IMG/VR virus record: IMGVR_UViG_3300032675_000009
Span: 19,314-83,313 of that record
From: a virus
Direction: 5' to 3' (one strand)
DNA: 64,000 nucleotides
The notes below the pieces were generated by a model that searched no databases, was not told the DNA's origin, and saw only the letters and a program-made list of their open reading frames with translations. This document shows, piece by piece, positions 8,364-19,500 of the stretch. Position 1 is the stretch's first letter; every line of letters begins with the position of its first letter. The position numbers and the translations under genes were made by a program.

Positions 8364-8987
8364 ATGGCCGCTCAATACGATCCAGCCAGACTGTTATCCC
8401 CGAATGGGAACAACTCGTGGTACTCGGGCACCGGGTATCCCACACTGTCCACGGACGGTACTTTCGCCCAGGGCGATATCATTTTCAACAAGGCCCCGTC
8501 GGCCACATCGAACGTATTCGCGTGGATCTGCATCACAGGTGGTACGCCGGGAACCTGGCTACCGCTGTCGATCGCAACGAACACCCAGTTCGGCACCAGC
8601 CCGCAACTGATCGGGCACGCGCAGTACAGCTTTGCCAATGATGGCGGGGCGGTCGGCGCGATCACGCCGGCCAACAACGTCACGCTCCCCGCAAACGCGG
8701 TGATCGTGAACGTGTCTATCCAGTCGACCACCGCAGTGACTTCGGGTGGCGCGGCCACGGTTGCAATTGGGACCTCGGCCGGATCGTCCGCAAATTCACT
8801 GCTGGCCGCAACCGGTAAGGCGTCATTTACGGCCGGAGCATTCGTGCAGGGCATTCCGGTTCCGCAAACTGCGTCTACTTGGGTCAAGTTGACCGCAGCC
8901 GGCAGTATCACTGCAACGGTAGCAACGGCCGCATTGACGGCGGGAGTTATCGAGATCTATGTTTTCTACTTCGTCTCCAGCACTTAG
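8364..8987 (+). CDS. Probable capsid decoration/structural protein
   Basis: GDIIFN...WICITGGTPGTW module; C-terminal LTAGVIEIYV similar to the preceding gene. Confidence 0.6.
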   Translation: MAAQYDPARLLSPNGNNSWYSGTGYPTLSTDGTFAQGDIIFNKAPSATSNVFAWICITGGTPGTWLPLSIATNTQFGTSPQLIGHAQYSFANDGGAVGAITPANNVTLPANAVIVNVSIQSTTAVTSGGAATVAIGTSAGSSANSLLAATGKASFTAGAFVQGIPVPQTASTWVKLTAAGSITATVATAALTAGVIEIYVFYFVSST

Positions 8988-9009
8988 ACGGGGGATCGCA
9001 ATCATGATG

Positions 9010-9050
9010 GCCCGCTCTATATCCGGATTCGGACATGGGGCGGGCTTTTT
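9010..9050 (+). terminator. Rho-independent terminator containing a copy of the dispersed motif
   Basis: GCCCGC...GCGGGC plus T5; ATATCCGGATTCGGACAT forms the upper stem-loop. Confidence 0.75.
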
Positions 9051-9067
9051 CAATTAACAGGTACTGA

Positions 9068-10249
9068 ATGGCCATTTATCCAGATACGCTCTCAACGATG
9101 GTTGGACGGGTTCAGCAAATAAAGCCGAACGCCAAGCCCGAGCAGTGCCGTAATTGGCTAAACGATCGGGTGCGGGAAGCGATCGACGCCAGGCCATTCT
9201 GGTCGGACATGATGCGTAATGGCATCATCTCTATCCCCAACCCGTACACGACCGGAACGGTTTCGGCAAGCTATCAATCGAACCTCTTGATCGGAAGTGG
9301 GACCGGGTGGCCGGTGGCGGACCTGGTGAATACGACGCTAACGACCGGAGTGAGCGCGATCGGTTATCAGTGGGTGACCCCAGCGTCCATGAATGGAATC
9401 ACTGGGGATACGCTTCTTCTGGTTGACGCGGGTACGCCATCCCAAGAAGTAGTCTCGGTCGTACAGGTTGGGCAAACATCGTTTTTGGCTCAGTTTCAAT
9501 TCACCCACAACGGCAGCCAGAACAATCCCCAGTCGGGCACCATCGCGACATTGACATGCTCGTCACTGACTCAACTTCAAATCCAGATGGCTTCGTACCA
9601 ACCGATATTCACGGTCAACGCTGTCGTGAGTCCGACTGAGATCATAATGGACCAGCAGTTCGGTGGGCCCAGTGTGAGCGCGACGAACTATTCAATCCTG
9701 AAGGTCTACTGTACGATGCCTTCGGACTTCAAGGACTTCCTCAGTGTCAAGGATCCGGTTCAGGGAATACCGCTCGAGTTCCATGTAAGCCAGCGGCAGA
9801 TCGACTGTATTGACCCACAGCGCAGTTCGAGTGGGGAACCACAATGCTTGGTCGATAGAATCCCGGACAGCAACGGAAACATGCAGTACGAGATTTACCC
9901 GACAAGCGTTTCCGCGCGACAGTTGCCGTACATCTATTGCGCCCAGTGGCCGGAGATGAAAAAGCCCAGCGACAAACCGCCATGGTTCATCAATCCCTCC
10001 GTATTCGTTTATGGCGCCACGGCGGATGCGTTGATCACCAAGCTGGGGAAGACGGACGAATACTACGACCCGGTTGGATCAAAGTATTGGCTTCAGCGCT
10101 TCACTTCCGCGCTCGAGGCCGCCGTTAACGCAGACGAAAGCAAGGCTGTCCGAAATTACACGACGGCGATGGATCAATTGTGGGGCTTCAGCCTGAATAG
10201 TAAGTTCGGCCAGAGCCATGACATCCAAGCGATTCTTGGGTATTTCTAA
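9068..10249 (+). CDS. Head-to-tail adaptor-like protein with inserted beta domain
   Basis: N-terminal WLN helix, MPSDF and IYPT segments, C-terminal VYGA helix pattern of podovirus adaptors. Confidence 0.6.
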   Translation: MAIYPDTLSTMVGRVQQIKPNAKPEQCRNWLNDRVREAIDARPFWSDMMRNGIISIPNPYTTGTVSASYQSNLLIGSGTGWPVADLVNTTLTTGVSAIGYQWVTPASMNGITGDTLLLVDAGTPSQEVVSVVQVGQTSFLAQFQFTHNGSQNNPQSGTIATLTCSSLTQLQIQMASYQPIFTVNAVVSPTEIIMDQQFGGPSVSATNYSILKVYCTMPSDFKDFLSVKDPVQGIPLEFHVSQRQIDCIDPQRSSSGEPQCLVDRIPDSNGNMQYEIYPTSVSARQLPYIYCAQWPEMKKPSDKPPWFINPSVFVYGATADALITKLGKTDEYYDPVGSKYWLQRFTSALEAAVNADESKAVRNYTTAMDQLWGFSLNSKFGQSHDIQAILGYF

Positions 10250-10271
10250 CCAGACGGAGAAAGGGAAGCAC

Positions 10272-10550
10272 ATGAAAAAAGCCAAAGACAACGGGCAATT
10301 GACGGATCGCAGGATGGACGGCAATCTGTCTCCAGTGAACAAGATCCCGGCCGGAATTCACTCTTTCGACCAAGAACGCATTCAAGCCCAAAACCGAATG
10401 CACGCCAACTGTGACGAGGTGAAACGAGGTGGGCCTCCCAACTGGAACGAGCAGACGTTCAGGGATCACCACGTTCTGGAAGAAGGCCGCCGCCGGCATT
10501 ATTCCGGAGCAAGCACGTTCGTTCAAGGGCAGGGTGTCAGGAAGGACTAG
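10272..10550 (+). CDS. Hypothetical protein
   Basis: ATG 10272 with purine-rich RBS. Confidence 0.55.
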   Translation: MKKAKDNGQLTDRRMDGNLSPVNKIPAGIHSFDQERIQAQNRMHANCDEVKRGGPPNWNEQTFRDHHVLEEGRRRHYSGASTFVQGQGVRKD

Positions 10551-10552
10551 TA

Positions 10553-11194
10553 TTGCCCTCGATTCCGCTTTCTGAACTGCAGGCTCGTGTGTATCGAAGG
10601 GTAGAGGATAATTCACTCTTCTACCCTGAGTACCAGGTAACCAATGCGATCAACGAGGCCCTGCAAGTTCTCAATCTGTTCACCGGGTATTACCAGACCA
10701 CCCTGCAGATCGGGCTCAGCGTGGCCAATCGATTTTTCTATAACATCCCGAACAACATGATCTTCCCGATGCAGGTGTACATTGATCAGCGCATGATCTA
10801 CAAGTCGCCGCTGTCGGATACTTGCCGGATGGTGACTAACTTCTTGCGCAATGATCAACTGCAGGACGGGTCTCCGCTGTATTGGGTGCCGATTGGAATT
10901 CGGTTGTTTGTGCTGACGCCGGCGGATACGACGGGTGGCCGGCAACTGGAAGTGGTTGGGGTGGTGGAGCCGCCGGTGCTCGCAGCCAGTACCGACGTGG
11001 CCCAACTTTCAGATAGCTGGATGGAGTTGATCGAGGACTACGCGTTCTATACGTTGGTCCTAACGGAAGGCGGAAAAATCTTTGCCGACGCAAGCAAGCT
11101 GTTTCAGAAGTTTCAAAAGCGCATGGGCGAACTTCAGATGTGGCAATTGCAGATCAACCCTCGATACTTTGTCGAAGTGGAGAATCAAAAATAA
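10553..11194 (+). CDS. Adaptor-like tail protein
   Basis: LSELQARV...INEAL and ELIEDYA adaptor-like pattern; synteny. Confidence 0.6.
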   Translation: MPSIPLSELQARVYRRVEDNSLFYPEYQVTNAINEALQVLNLFTGYYQTTLQIGLSVANRFFYNIPNNMIFPMQVYIDQRMIYKSPLSDTCRMVTNFLRNDQLQDGSPLYWVPIGIRLFVLTPADTTGGRQLEVVGVVEPPVLAASTDVAQLSDSWMELIEDYAFYTLVLTEGGKIFADASKLFQKFQKRMGELQMWQLQINPRYFVEVENQK

Positions 11195-12040
11195 ATGGCT
11201 GTCTTGGTGGGGACCATCATCTCGGCGGTTTGCGATGTCATTCTCGAGCCGTATATCAATGGGGACTTCACTGCCGGCGGAGGGCCGCAACTCGGCATTA
11301 TTACCGAGGCGGACCTGCTGGCCACCTATCAAGTTGTGATCACGGACTTTCTTCAGCAAGCGGGATTGGTCAAGAGGGCATGTGGGATTCTCCAGCAATT
11401 TGGAGTGAGCACCTACAACGTGATCAATTCGGCCAATGATGTCCAGGAGGTATTTTCCGACCAGGTAGCTCTCTTCACCACCGATGGATTCGATCTTGAC
11501 CGAGAGAATCCGGTATGGCAACAGATGGTAGGGACGCCGTGGGAGTGGAGACAGGACAGGACCAAGATGAAAAGCTTCGTTGTTATTCCGGCGCCAGACG
11601 GTACGGGTTCGACCGTATACGAATCAACGGGCTTGGGGGGATACGGAACGCTGTCGGCATTCAACAATGGAACAATTTCCATATCCTTCACCAATGCAGG
11701 CTATGGAACTCTTTCTGCAGACTCCGGAACGATGGCGTTATTGCCGGCCAACCTCGGCATTGGAACGCTGTCCAGTATCATCCCAGCACAGGGCAATTTA
11801 ATGCCGGTGGCAACGGCCGGGCTGAGCACGTCACAAGTGTACATGGGGTCAATCATGGAAGCCCTACCGGACAGCTTCGCGTGCTATATCAAATACGGAA
11901 TTTTGGCTAAATTGTTTTCTGCGGACGGCGAATTGAAAGATAACCAGCGGGCGATTTATTGTCACGCTCGCTACCTGGAGGGGGTCAATATGGCCAAGGC
12001 AATCACTAAGGAAATGATTGGATCGAGAGGAGTGAAATAA
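11195..12040 (+). CDS. Adaptor-like tail protein
   Basis: LPDSF..YIKYGILAKLFS..GE C-terminal pattern; synteny. Confidence 0.55.
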   Translation: MAVLVGTIISAVCDVILEPYINGDFTAGGGPQLGIITEADLLATYQVVITDFLQQAGLVKRACGILQQFGVSTYNVINSANDVQEVFSDQVALFTTDGFDLDRENPVWQQMVGTPWEWRQDRTKMKSFVVIPAPDGTGSTVYESTGLGGYGTLSAFNNGTISISFTNAGYGTLSADSGTMALLPANLGIGTLSSIIPAQGNLMPVATAGLSTSQVYMGSIMEALPDSFACYIKYGILAKLFSADGELKDNQRAIYCHARYLEGVNMAKAITKEMIGSRGVK

Positions 12041-12496
12041 ATGTCTTCAGCGGCGATAGCAACGTTTCGAGAATTGTACCTACAAGACCTCGCAATAGGA
12101 ACGGCAGAGGGGCAAACAGATACGGTTAACGTTCTCGGAGTTGGCCCCACGGCGCTTACCAAGATTACGTTGGCTAGCTTGGCGGCGTCTCTCGTAAACG
12201 CACCAACCGGAGATGCCGCTGCGGGTGCGGCCGGAGTGAGGACTGGGGTTCTGTATGTGGGTCCCGGCGGCGGACTATGCGTGAAGGGCCCAGATGCCGC
12301 CGTCGTGGCCACGGCGAATGGAAGCCAGACTTCTTTTTCCTACACTTTTACAAATGGCTGCTACGCCTGTTTGGGGTTCGTCGGCGGCGCACTGCAGGCG
12401 CCTTCCACTATGGCGGTGGTAAGCGGTGTAGCAACGATGACCCTTGGAACCCCGCCGGCATCTGGAACTCAAATCATATTCGTGAGGACCGCATAA
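12041..12496 (+). CDS. Hypothetical virion protein
   Basis: AGGAG RBS; beta-rich C-terminus. Confidence 0.55.
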   Translation: MSSAAIATFRELYLQDLAIGTAEGQTDTVNVLGVGPTALTKITLASLAASLVNAPTGDAAAGAAGVRTGVLYVGPGGGLCVKGPDAAVVATANGSQTSFSYTFTNGCYACLGFVGGALQAPSTMAVVSGVATMTLGTPPASGTQIIFVRTA

Positions 12497-15400
12497 TGCG
12501 AAAAGTGCTAACGCTTCTCATTGTCATGTCCGGATTCGGACATGCTCAAGCCCCTCCAGCTACTGTGCAGTTGACGCACGTAGACAACATAACTAGCTCG
12601 AGCGGGACAATCATAGACAATCGAAGTGCGGCGTACCGGCAAAACAACGCACACCTGTTTTGCGCGATTGGCCCCGGAACATGGTCGGTGACCATCCAGT
12701 ACCAAGACGGATCGACAACTGGAAGCTGGACAAATTTCTCGGACCCGACTGCAACCGTTGCGGGAAGTCCTCTGTGTGTCGGAGCCGCGAATGGGTATCA
12801 CGATTACATAAGGTTTTCATTTTCCGGAGCTAATGCTTCAACCGTTTCGGTTTCGTATTCAGGGCTGAGGAATGTTTACCAATTGACCTACGCGACATCG
12901 GCATCTGGACCGGCCGGGGGAGATCTATCCGGTTCATATCCGAACCCAACCGTAGCCAAAATCAACGGAACGTCGTTGGCGAGCCTTGCATCAGGGTTGA
13001 TGTTCAACACTAATGGGACCGGCGTTCCATCGATCGTCACGAGCCCCAGCGTGATCATCAGCCTTTTCAGTGGATGCTCGGGCACGCAGTATCTGGGTGC
13101 GGACGGATCATGCCACACGCCGGGCACAATAACCTCAATCACGACCAATTCGCCTGTAACCGGCGGACCCGTAACATCCGGAGCTATCACGCTCGGCTGT
13201 CCCGGTTGCGTGACATCTTACCTGCCTGGAGTCGGCGTTGCTCACTTCGCCGGTGGTAATCAGGTGGTCACTAGTTCCGCTGTCAGCTTGACGGCCGATG
13301 TATCTGGAACGCTTCCAGTGGGTAATGGTGGGACCGGAACAGCAAGCACTCTCACTGGGCTAGTGCGTGGCGGGCCGAGCGCAATGACAGCTTCGGAGTT
13401 GTCAGGAGACGCCACAACGAGCGGCAGTAACGTCGTAACGGTTTCCAGGATCAACGGGACCTCGCTGGCCGGTCTTGCTTCCGGGGTACTATACAACACC
13501 ACAGGCACGGGAATATTGTCGATCGCGCCGGTACAAGGCAATGGATCTAAGGTTCAGTTGAGCACCGGAACCACCACGACTGGCCATTGCGTACAATACG
13601 ACGCAAGCGGCAATACGGTAGATGCCGGCGCATTGTGTGGAACGATAACGGCATTGACCGGTGATGTGGTAGCAAGTGGTCCGGGAAGCTCGGCGGCTAC
13701 AGTAAAGGCCGTAAACGGCACCACGCTAAGTAGCTTGGCAACAGGACTTTACTGGAACACGACGGCTACCGGAGTACCAAGCATAGCAACCGGATCCCAG
13801 GTGTTGGGGGTGATCGGCGCCGGCAATATCGGAAATTCATATTTGACGAATAGCGGCATCACATTCGGTTCTACTGCACAGGCGCTCGGCTCAACGGTAA
13901 CAAACCTAAATGGCGTAAATGTGGGCCCGTCGACACCTGCAACCGGATCCTTCACTTCTCTGTCGGCATCAACGTTGACAGTGAACGGGGCGGCTAGCAG
14001 CCAATTGGTGAGTTACTTCAAAAGCCCAACCGGAAATGCAAGTTACCTGGAAGTAGGAAGCGCTAGCAGTAACTACGCCGAATTAGAAGGGGATTCTTCC
14101 GGCAATTTTCTTCTAGGCCATTATGGCGTCACGAGTGGAGTACTGCAAAGCATTCGATCTGGCGCTGTGTCAGGTACGATCGTAATGCAAAACGGTAACG
14201 TGCGAATGCAAAGCTTGGGGACCGGGCCCGTTGTCAGCAATTCGGGGGTTCTCGGAAATGCGACAGTGGCGAACTACAACGGCATCTTGCCGGTAACGCT
14301 TTGTACGGCGTGCGCGCTCAATGGAACCACGGACGACACCGCAGCGTTTCAGACGTGGCTCAACTCCGTCGCCAACGGCAGTACCCCAGTCACGATCTCT
14401 CTTGCGGGAAAGACGGTGTACCTATCCTCTCCTACGCTTCAGTCTCCGTTTACGATCCCGTCTAATGTGCAATTTATCGGTCCTGGGACTATCAAGGGGA
14501 CGGCCGTAAATGAGACCGGAGGATATCCTCTGCCAACATCGTACATTTCGATTGCTGGCACGTTGGGGACAGCCTACAGCTACGGATCGACCATCGCACA
14601 GGGAACTAGTGCGTTCACGCTGAGCAATGGCTTCAGTGAGGCCCAGATGTTCCTGCTGAGCAATTTCCCCTACGACAGTTCTCACGCAACCGGGACGTAT
14701 CCGCAAGGGTCCGACACTTGCACGTTAGTAACGGGCAATCCCCAAAATCAGTGCTCGTACCCGGTAGCCATTGCAACCACCAAGGGAACGGCATCGGGCT
14801 CGAGCACCACCTTGACGGTTTCATCTGGGGCCGGGACAGCCAACGGTCAGTACATCGCCGGAACAAACATTCCGGCCAATACGACAATCGTAAGTGGTGG
14901 CGGCACAACAACGTGGACGATCAGCAACGCCACAACGGGCGCGATCAGCGGCGCGACCATTAACACTTACGCGACGGCGGCGCTTGCGGTTTTGAATAAC
15001 GATGTGGGTCAAGAAGGGCCAAATAATCAGCGCCAGAATCGGCGCGAAGAAGTCGGCTTAATTCGCTCGGCTACTGGGTCTTCAATATTACTCATGGAGC
15101 CTGTTGTTCAGGCTTATACATCCACCACGGCCCTGCAATTTCAGGTTGTGAATCCGGCTCAAAATATTGAATTTTATGGAGTCACGCTTAGCGGCCTCTG
15201 GATCCAGATGGACCTGAGTAAGAATGTGTCATTTCGCGGCGGCAATTGGTTTCAGACTTCGATCGGATATTCCCGATCGCTGTATGGCACGATGGACCCG
15301 GACTACGACGACGCGCAGAACTGCGATTGCGGCGTAGCCGTGGGACTCGGATCTCGGCACATGGACATTCGCGGAAACTACGGTAACGGAGCAATCAATA

Positions 15401-16551
15401 GCGACAACGGCCTAGTTCGTTGCGACATGTGCTCGGACACCACCATCAACGTGAATCTCGGAGGCACGTCTCAATCTCCATCAGGAGTATCCGGTGGAGA
15501 GGTGATGGAAAACATCATTGTGGACACAGGCTATTTCGAGAATCCGACAGGTTACACCTCGGGGGGAGACTACAACCTCAACATCAAGGCGACGGCGGCG
15601 CAGAATCCTTGTCAGGTCGGCCTTGTGATGTTCGGCTCTTCGCTGGCTCCGATTGAAAACGTTAACATTGAGTGGAACACCGAGGCCGTCCAGGGGACTA
15701 CCTCGACATGTTACGGCGCGGCCGTTCAGATGTCCGGCGTTAGCAGCGGTCGACTGAACATGGAAGACCCTTACGGGACGCTGTATGTGCAGGGAACGCA
15801 CGATGTCAAATTAAGCGGTCATGCTCATCGGTTTTATAGTGCGGCCCCGGTAACGTTGCCCTATGGTTGGGGTTCTTCGTGGAACAACGATGCTCTCGAC
15901 TTCAACGGCATCACGTTTGTTTCTGCTTCCACAGATGGCACAGCAGGAGTTACGCCGATGTACTGCCAGTATTGCGACCATACCAAACTGTCCAATGTTA
16001 CTTTTGACCAGCGCAACTACAACAATGGAGTGAACATCGGGAACACCAGCACAGATATCTGGTATGGAAATGTGAACTGGCTGATGACAGGCGCGGCCAC
16101 GCCGGCGTTTGATTGCTCGGCATTCACTGGGACGCTCCACATTCTAGGCGATGTGCAGTACCAGAACGCTATCAACGTGTCCGACTGTGGGACAACCTCG
16201 ACCTACCTGCACGGGTTCACATCCAACTACGGCGCGACGATCGGAGATCCTACCAGTTCCAGCCAGATCGTAAATATCAGCCGCCATGTGCGGTACGTGA
16301 ACAGTTCATTCAACCCCGGCACCGTCCCGGCCGGAGGGGTATATTCACTTAGTGGGCAATCGCTGTATTCAGTCGCCCTAGGAGAGGCCGTCAGTTGCGG
16401 ATTCTCTGCGCTAACAGGATCGTATTCCGCTATGACTATTGGTGCCAATGTAACGGCATTCGGTACTATCCAGGTAAACCTCTACAACCCGACTGGAAGT
16501 TCTCTAGCGCCTGGTGCCGGCCAAGTAACCTGTGACGCATTCGTTCACTAA
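12496..16551 (+). CDS. Tail fibre/tailspike with pectate-lyase-like beta-helix and signal-peptide-like N-terminus
   Basis: Probable start ATG 12496 (TAATG coupling); G/T/S-rich fibre repeats (GDLSGSYPNPTV, INGTSLA); GTTDDTAAFQ beta-helix entry motif. Confidence 0.75.
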   Translation: MRKVLTLLIVMSGFGHAQAPPATVQLTHVDNITSSSGTIIDNRSAAYRQNNAHLFCAIGPGTWSVTIQYQDGSTTGSWTNFSDPTATVAGSPLCVGAANGYHDYIRFSFSGANASTVSVSYSGLRNVYQLTYATSASGPAGGDLSGSYPNPTVAKINGTSLASLASGLMFNTNGTGVPSIVTSPSVIISLFSGCSGTQYLGADGSCHTPGTITSITTNSPVTGGPVTSGAITLGCPGCVTSYLPGVGVAHFAGGNQVVTSSAVSLTADVSGTLPVGNGGTGTASTLTGLVRGGPSAMTASELSGDATTSGSNVVTVSRINGTSLAGLASGVLYNTTGTGILSIAPVQGNGSKVQLSTGTTTTGHCVQYDASGNTVDAGALCGTITALTGDVVASGPGSSAATVKAVNGTTLSSLATGLYWNTTATGVPSIATGSQVLGVIGAGNIGNSYLTNSGITFGSTAQALGSTVTNLNGVNVGPSTPATGSFTSLSASTLTVNGAASSQLVSYFKSPTGNASYLEVGSASSNYAELEGDSSGNFLLGHYGVTSGVLQSIRSGAVSGTIVMQNGNVRMQSLGTGPVVSNSGVLGNATVANYNGILPVTLCTACALNGTTDDTAAFQTWLNSVANGSTPVTISLAGKTVYLSSPTLQSPFTIPSNVQFIGPGTIKGTAVNETGGYPLPTSYISIAGTLGTAYSYGSTIAQGTSAFTLSNGFSEAQMFLLSNFPYDSSHATGTYPQGSDTCTLVTGNPQNQCSYPVAIATTKGTASGSSTTLTVSSGAGTANGQYIAGTNIPANTTIVSGGGTTTWTISNATTGAISGATINTYATAALAVLNNDVGQEGPNNQRQNRREEVGLIRSATGSSILLMEPVVQAYTSTTALQFQVVNPAQNIEFYGVTLSGLWIQMDLSKNVSFRGGNWFQTSIGYSRSLYGTMDPDYDDAQNCDCGVAVGLGSRHMDIRGNYGNGAINSDNGLVRCDMCSDTTINVNLGGTSQSPSGVSGGEVMENIIVDTGYFENPTGYTSGGDYNLNIKATAAQNPCQVGLVMFGSSLAPIENVNIEWNTEAVQGTTSTCYGAAVQMSGVSSGRLNMEDPYGTLYVQGTHDVKLSGHAHRFYSAAPVTLPYGWGSSWNNDALDFNGITFVSASTDGTAGVTPMYCQYCDHTKLSNVTFDQRNYNNGVNIGNTSTDIWYGNVNWLMTGAATPAFDCSAFTGTLHILGDVQYQNAINVSDCGTTSTYLHGFTSNYGATIGDPTSSSQIVNISRHVRYVNSSFNPGTVPAGGVYSLSGQSLYSVALGEAVSCGFSALTGSYSAMTIGANVTAFGTIQVNLYNPTGSSLAPGAGQVTCDAFVH

Positions 16552-16558
16552 GGAAACA

Positions 16559-19500
16559 ATGGACACTCAAAAAAAAACGGTCGTCCTTAGCAATCATGGA
16601 GTGGTCTTAAAAAAGGACCCTTCGCAACTTCAGGATGGTCAGTATCCGCAGTTACTGAACGTCACCAGCCTGCAGGAAGAGTCGCTCAGTATTCGTTTGG
16701 GATCTCGTAAATACCCTAACTCCGCCAGTCTCGGATTGATTGATTCGCTCGCCAAGCTTAGAATTGGGAGCACGGATTCAGCGAATCCTCGGTACGCATT
16801 CTGTGCTGGCAATCTACAGCGAATCACTGGGCCGTACTCAAGCTATACGCAGGTTAACGCCGGTATTTCACTGGGATCTGGAAGAACCGAAGCGGTTCAG
16901 TACAACGCCGGATCCAGCGGCGATCCCTACATTTTTTTTGCGAACCCGGGTGTGATGCTGAAGGACAACGGGGCCTACGCGCCACTGCATCCGTGGGGAT
17001 ATTTCCCTCCGACCATACCGGTGACTCTTGGATTGGCCAACCCTTCACTCGCTGGATCCGAGGGATTGGTGGTGGAAACTACCCAAGCCGGCGGGTCGGC
17101 ACGAATCAGTGGGGTCACCCTTTCGTCTGTTACCGAGGTCAACAATAACTACTACTCGTTCACCCCGAGCAGCATGAACAATATTCTTCCGGGAATGCTT
17201 GTGTTTGTCGGGGGAGTGCAGGTTTTGATTGATGGCACAAACGTGTCATCGTTTTTTGGGTACATGGCTACGACTCCTTCGCCGGGTGCATCGATCACTA
17301 GTTTCTACGATACTGTGATCACAAAGGTCGGCGGAGGAACAGTCAACCCTCCAGTGGCAGATGGCAGTGCCTACTATTCCCAGTACAATAATGCCGTTGA
17401 TTGGTCACTGAGTGGAACGGCGGCGAACGGTTACAGTTCCGACGACAATGTTCACGTTGGTATTAACCTATCCAGTATCACTGATGTGCAGATGGTTCAA
17501 GTGCTCGTGTTTGTCAATGGGTCGTCAACTGACTATTACGAAGCCACCCTCACTCTTCCTCAGTCCCAAGTAGCCGGGGCATGGTTTGAAGTCGATACGA
17601 TGAAATCAACGTTTGTCGGAGTCGGGCTTGCTGGTAGTGGCGCGTATTCCTGGAAGAACGTGACTGGCGTTCGGGTCTTGGTCACCTCCAATAATGTTTC
17701 CGGAACCCCGACTTTCACGGCCTACGTCGGCGCCATCTATGCTCAGGGTAACCAAGGACCAAATTCTGAAGTAACCGGAGTGTCTCAGCCGTACAACTAC
17801 CTGTATACCTTCCGTAATCCATTGACCGGCGCCGAAAGCAACCCGTGTGTTCCCCAGGTTCTCTCGAGCTACGTGAGTGTTCAGAACCAAGCCGTCCAGG
17901 TCACCGTGTTTGGATGCGGTACGGCCAACCCTGGTGGGCAGCCGGACATTCAAGGCTTCGGCTCAATCGCAATTTACCGGGCCGGTGGCGTGTTCGCGGA
18001 TGGATACTATCGCTTTGTCGGGTATAGCACTAATCCGGGGATTCTAGGGAACAACGTACCCAACTCAATCACCTTCGTTGACAATCAGGCGGATGCCGCG
18101 ATTGCCACCAATCGGCTGATTGCAATGGACAACTACCCTCCCGTAGTGAGCAACCTTCCCATTCCGTTTGCTGGAACGGTGGCAAGCATCACGCTGATTT
18201 CATCGGGCTCCTATGCGGGACTCTATCAGGTGTACCTGCAGGGCTACCCGGGGTACGGAACGACAGATCCGCAGTTGTCTACTTTCTTCGGACCAGGATC
18301 GACTATTTCGATTGGAAACGGGACGAATGTTGAGCAGTGCGTGGTGATCGTGGTGGGGGGCACCGTGGGCGCCGGCACGAACTACGTGACTGTTTTCCTG
18401 CAGGAGTCCCACTACGCGGGAGATCAAGTTACCTGCGATTTCCGAATCGGGCAGCCGTGCGATATCGCCCTTCAGGTGGCGGACAATATTCTGCTGGCCG
18501 GTGATCCCTACAACCCGCACGTTGTCAGTCTTTCCAAGTCGGGGAATCCCGAATCTTTCCCCGTGGAAGTATTGGCCACCGGCATCGTCAACCAAATGAA
18601 CGTTGGCTCTCCTTCGAACCCAGTGTATGGACTTGTGGAGTTCAATGGAGAGATCGTTTCGCTTAATCAGTCTTCGGTCTACACGTTCTACTTGATCCAG
18701 GGTCAAATGACTCCACCGAACGCAAGTCCGGCGAATCGAGGAATGTTCGCCAAGCACTGCTGGTGCCGCGTCGACAACGCGATCTGGTATCTCAGCTACG
18801 ACGGAATTTACGCATGGTCCGGCGGGGAAAGCGCGAAGGTTACCGAGCCCATCAATCCGATATTCACTGGGCAAACGATCAATGGCTATGTTCCATTGGA
18901 TTACACCACGTTTACATCAGGGACGGTCGCCCCGTTCTCGATGTCCTATTACGAGAACTACGTCTGGGTGACTTACATCGGAACCGATGCCAAGAAATAC
19001 ACCATGCGGTACAGCACGATCTACAAGCGCTGGGAACCCATCGGCATCGGCAGTTACGGATCTGGCTCTTCGGGGTACTACATAAGCGCCATGTTGACCG
19101 AGCAGGACACCGGCCGACTAATTGCCGGCGTCTATGAAAACTCCGGTCCGGCCGCATATCTGTACCAGATGGAAAGCGGCACCACCGACGCCAACGATGG
19201 CGGCGCCACTGATGGAATTGATATCGCCTGGAGCGTACAGACGCCAAACTACACCCTTGGTGATCCAGGAGTCCGCAAGCAGTTTACCGACATTTTGGTC
19301 GAAGTTGAAAACGTATACGAAAACATTCAGGTATCAGTGTACGAGGATAACTCTTCAACGCCGACTACGGAAACCACAATCACCACCGGCATACGTCGCG
19401 TGGTTCCAATCCCACTGAATCTTGATGGATCAAATTACGCCAATGGCTTCGAAGCGTACGCCGTGTCCTTCTTGTTCTCTGGCGCCACAGCCAATACGAT

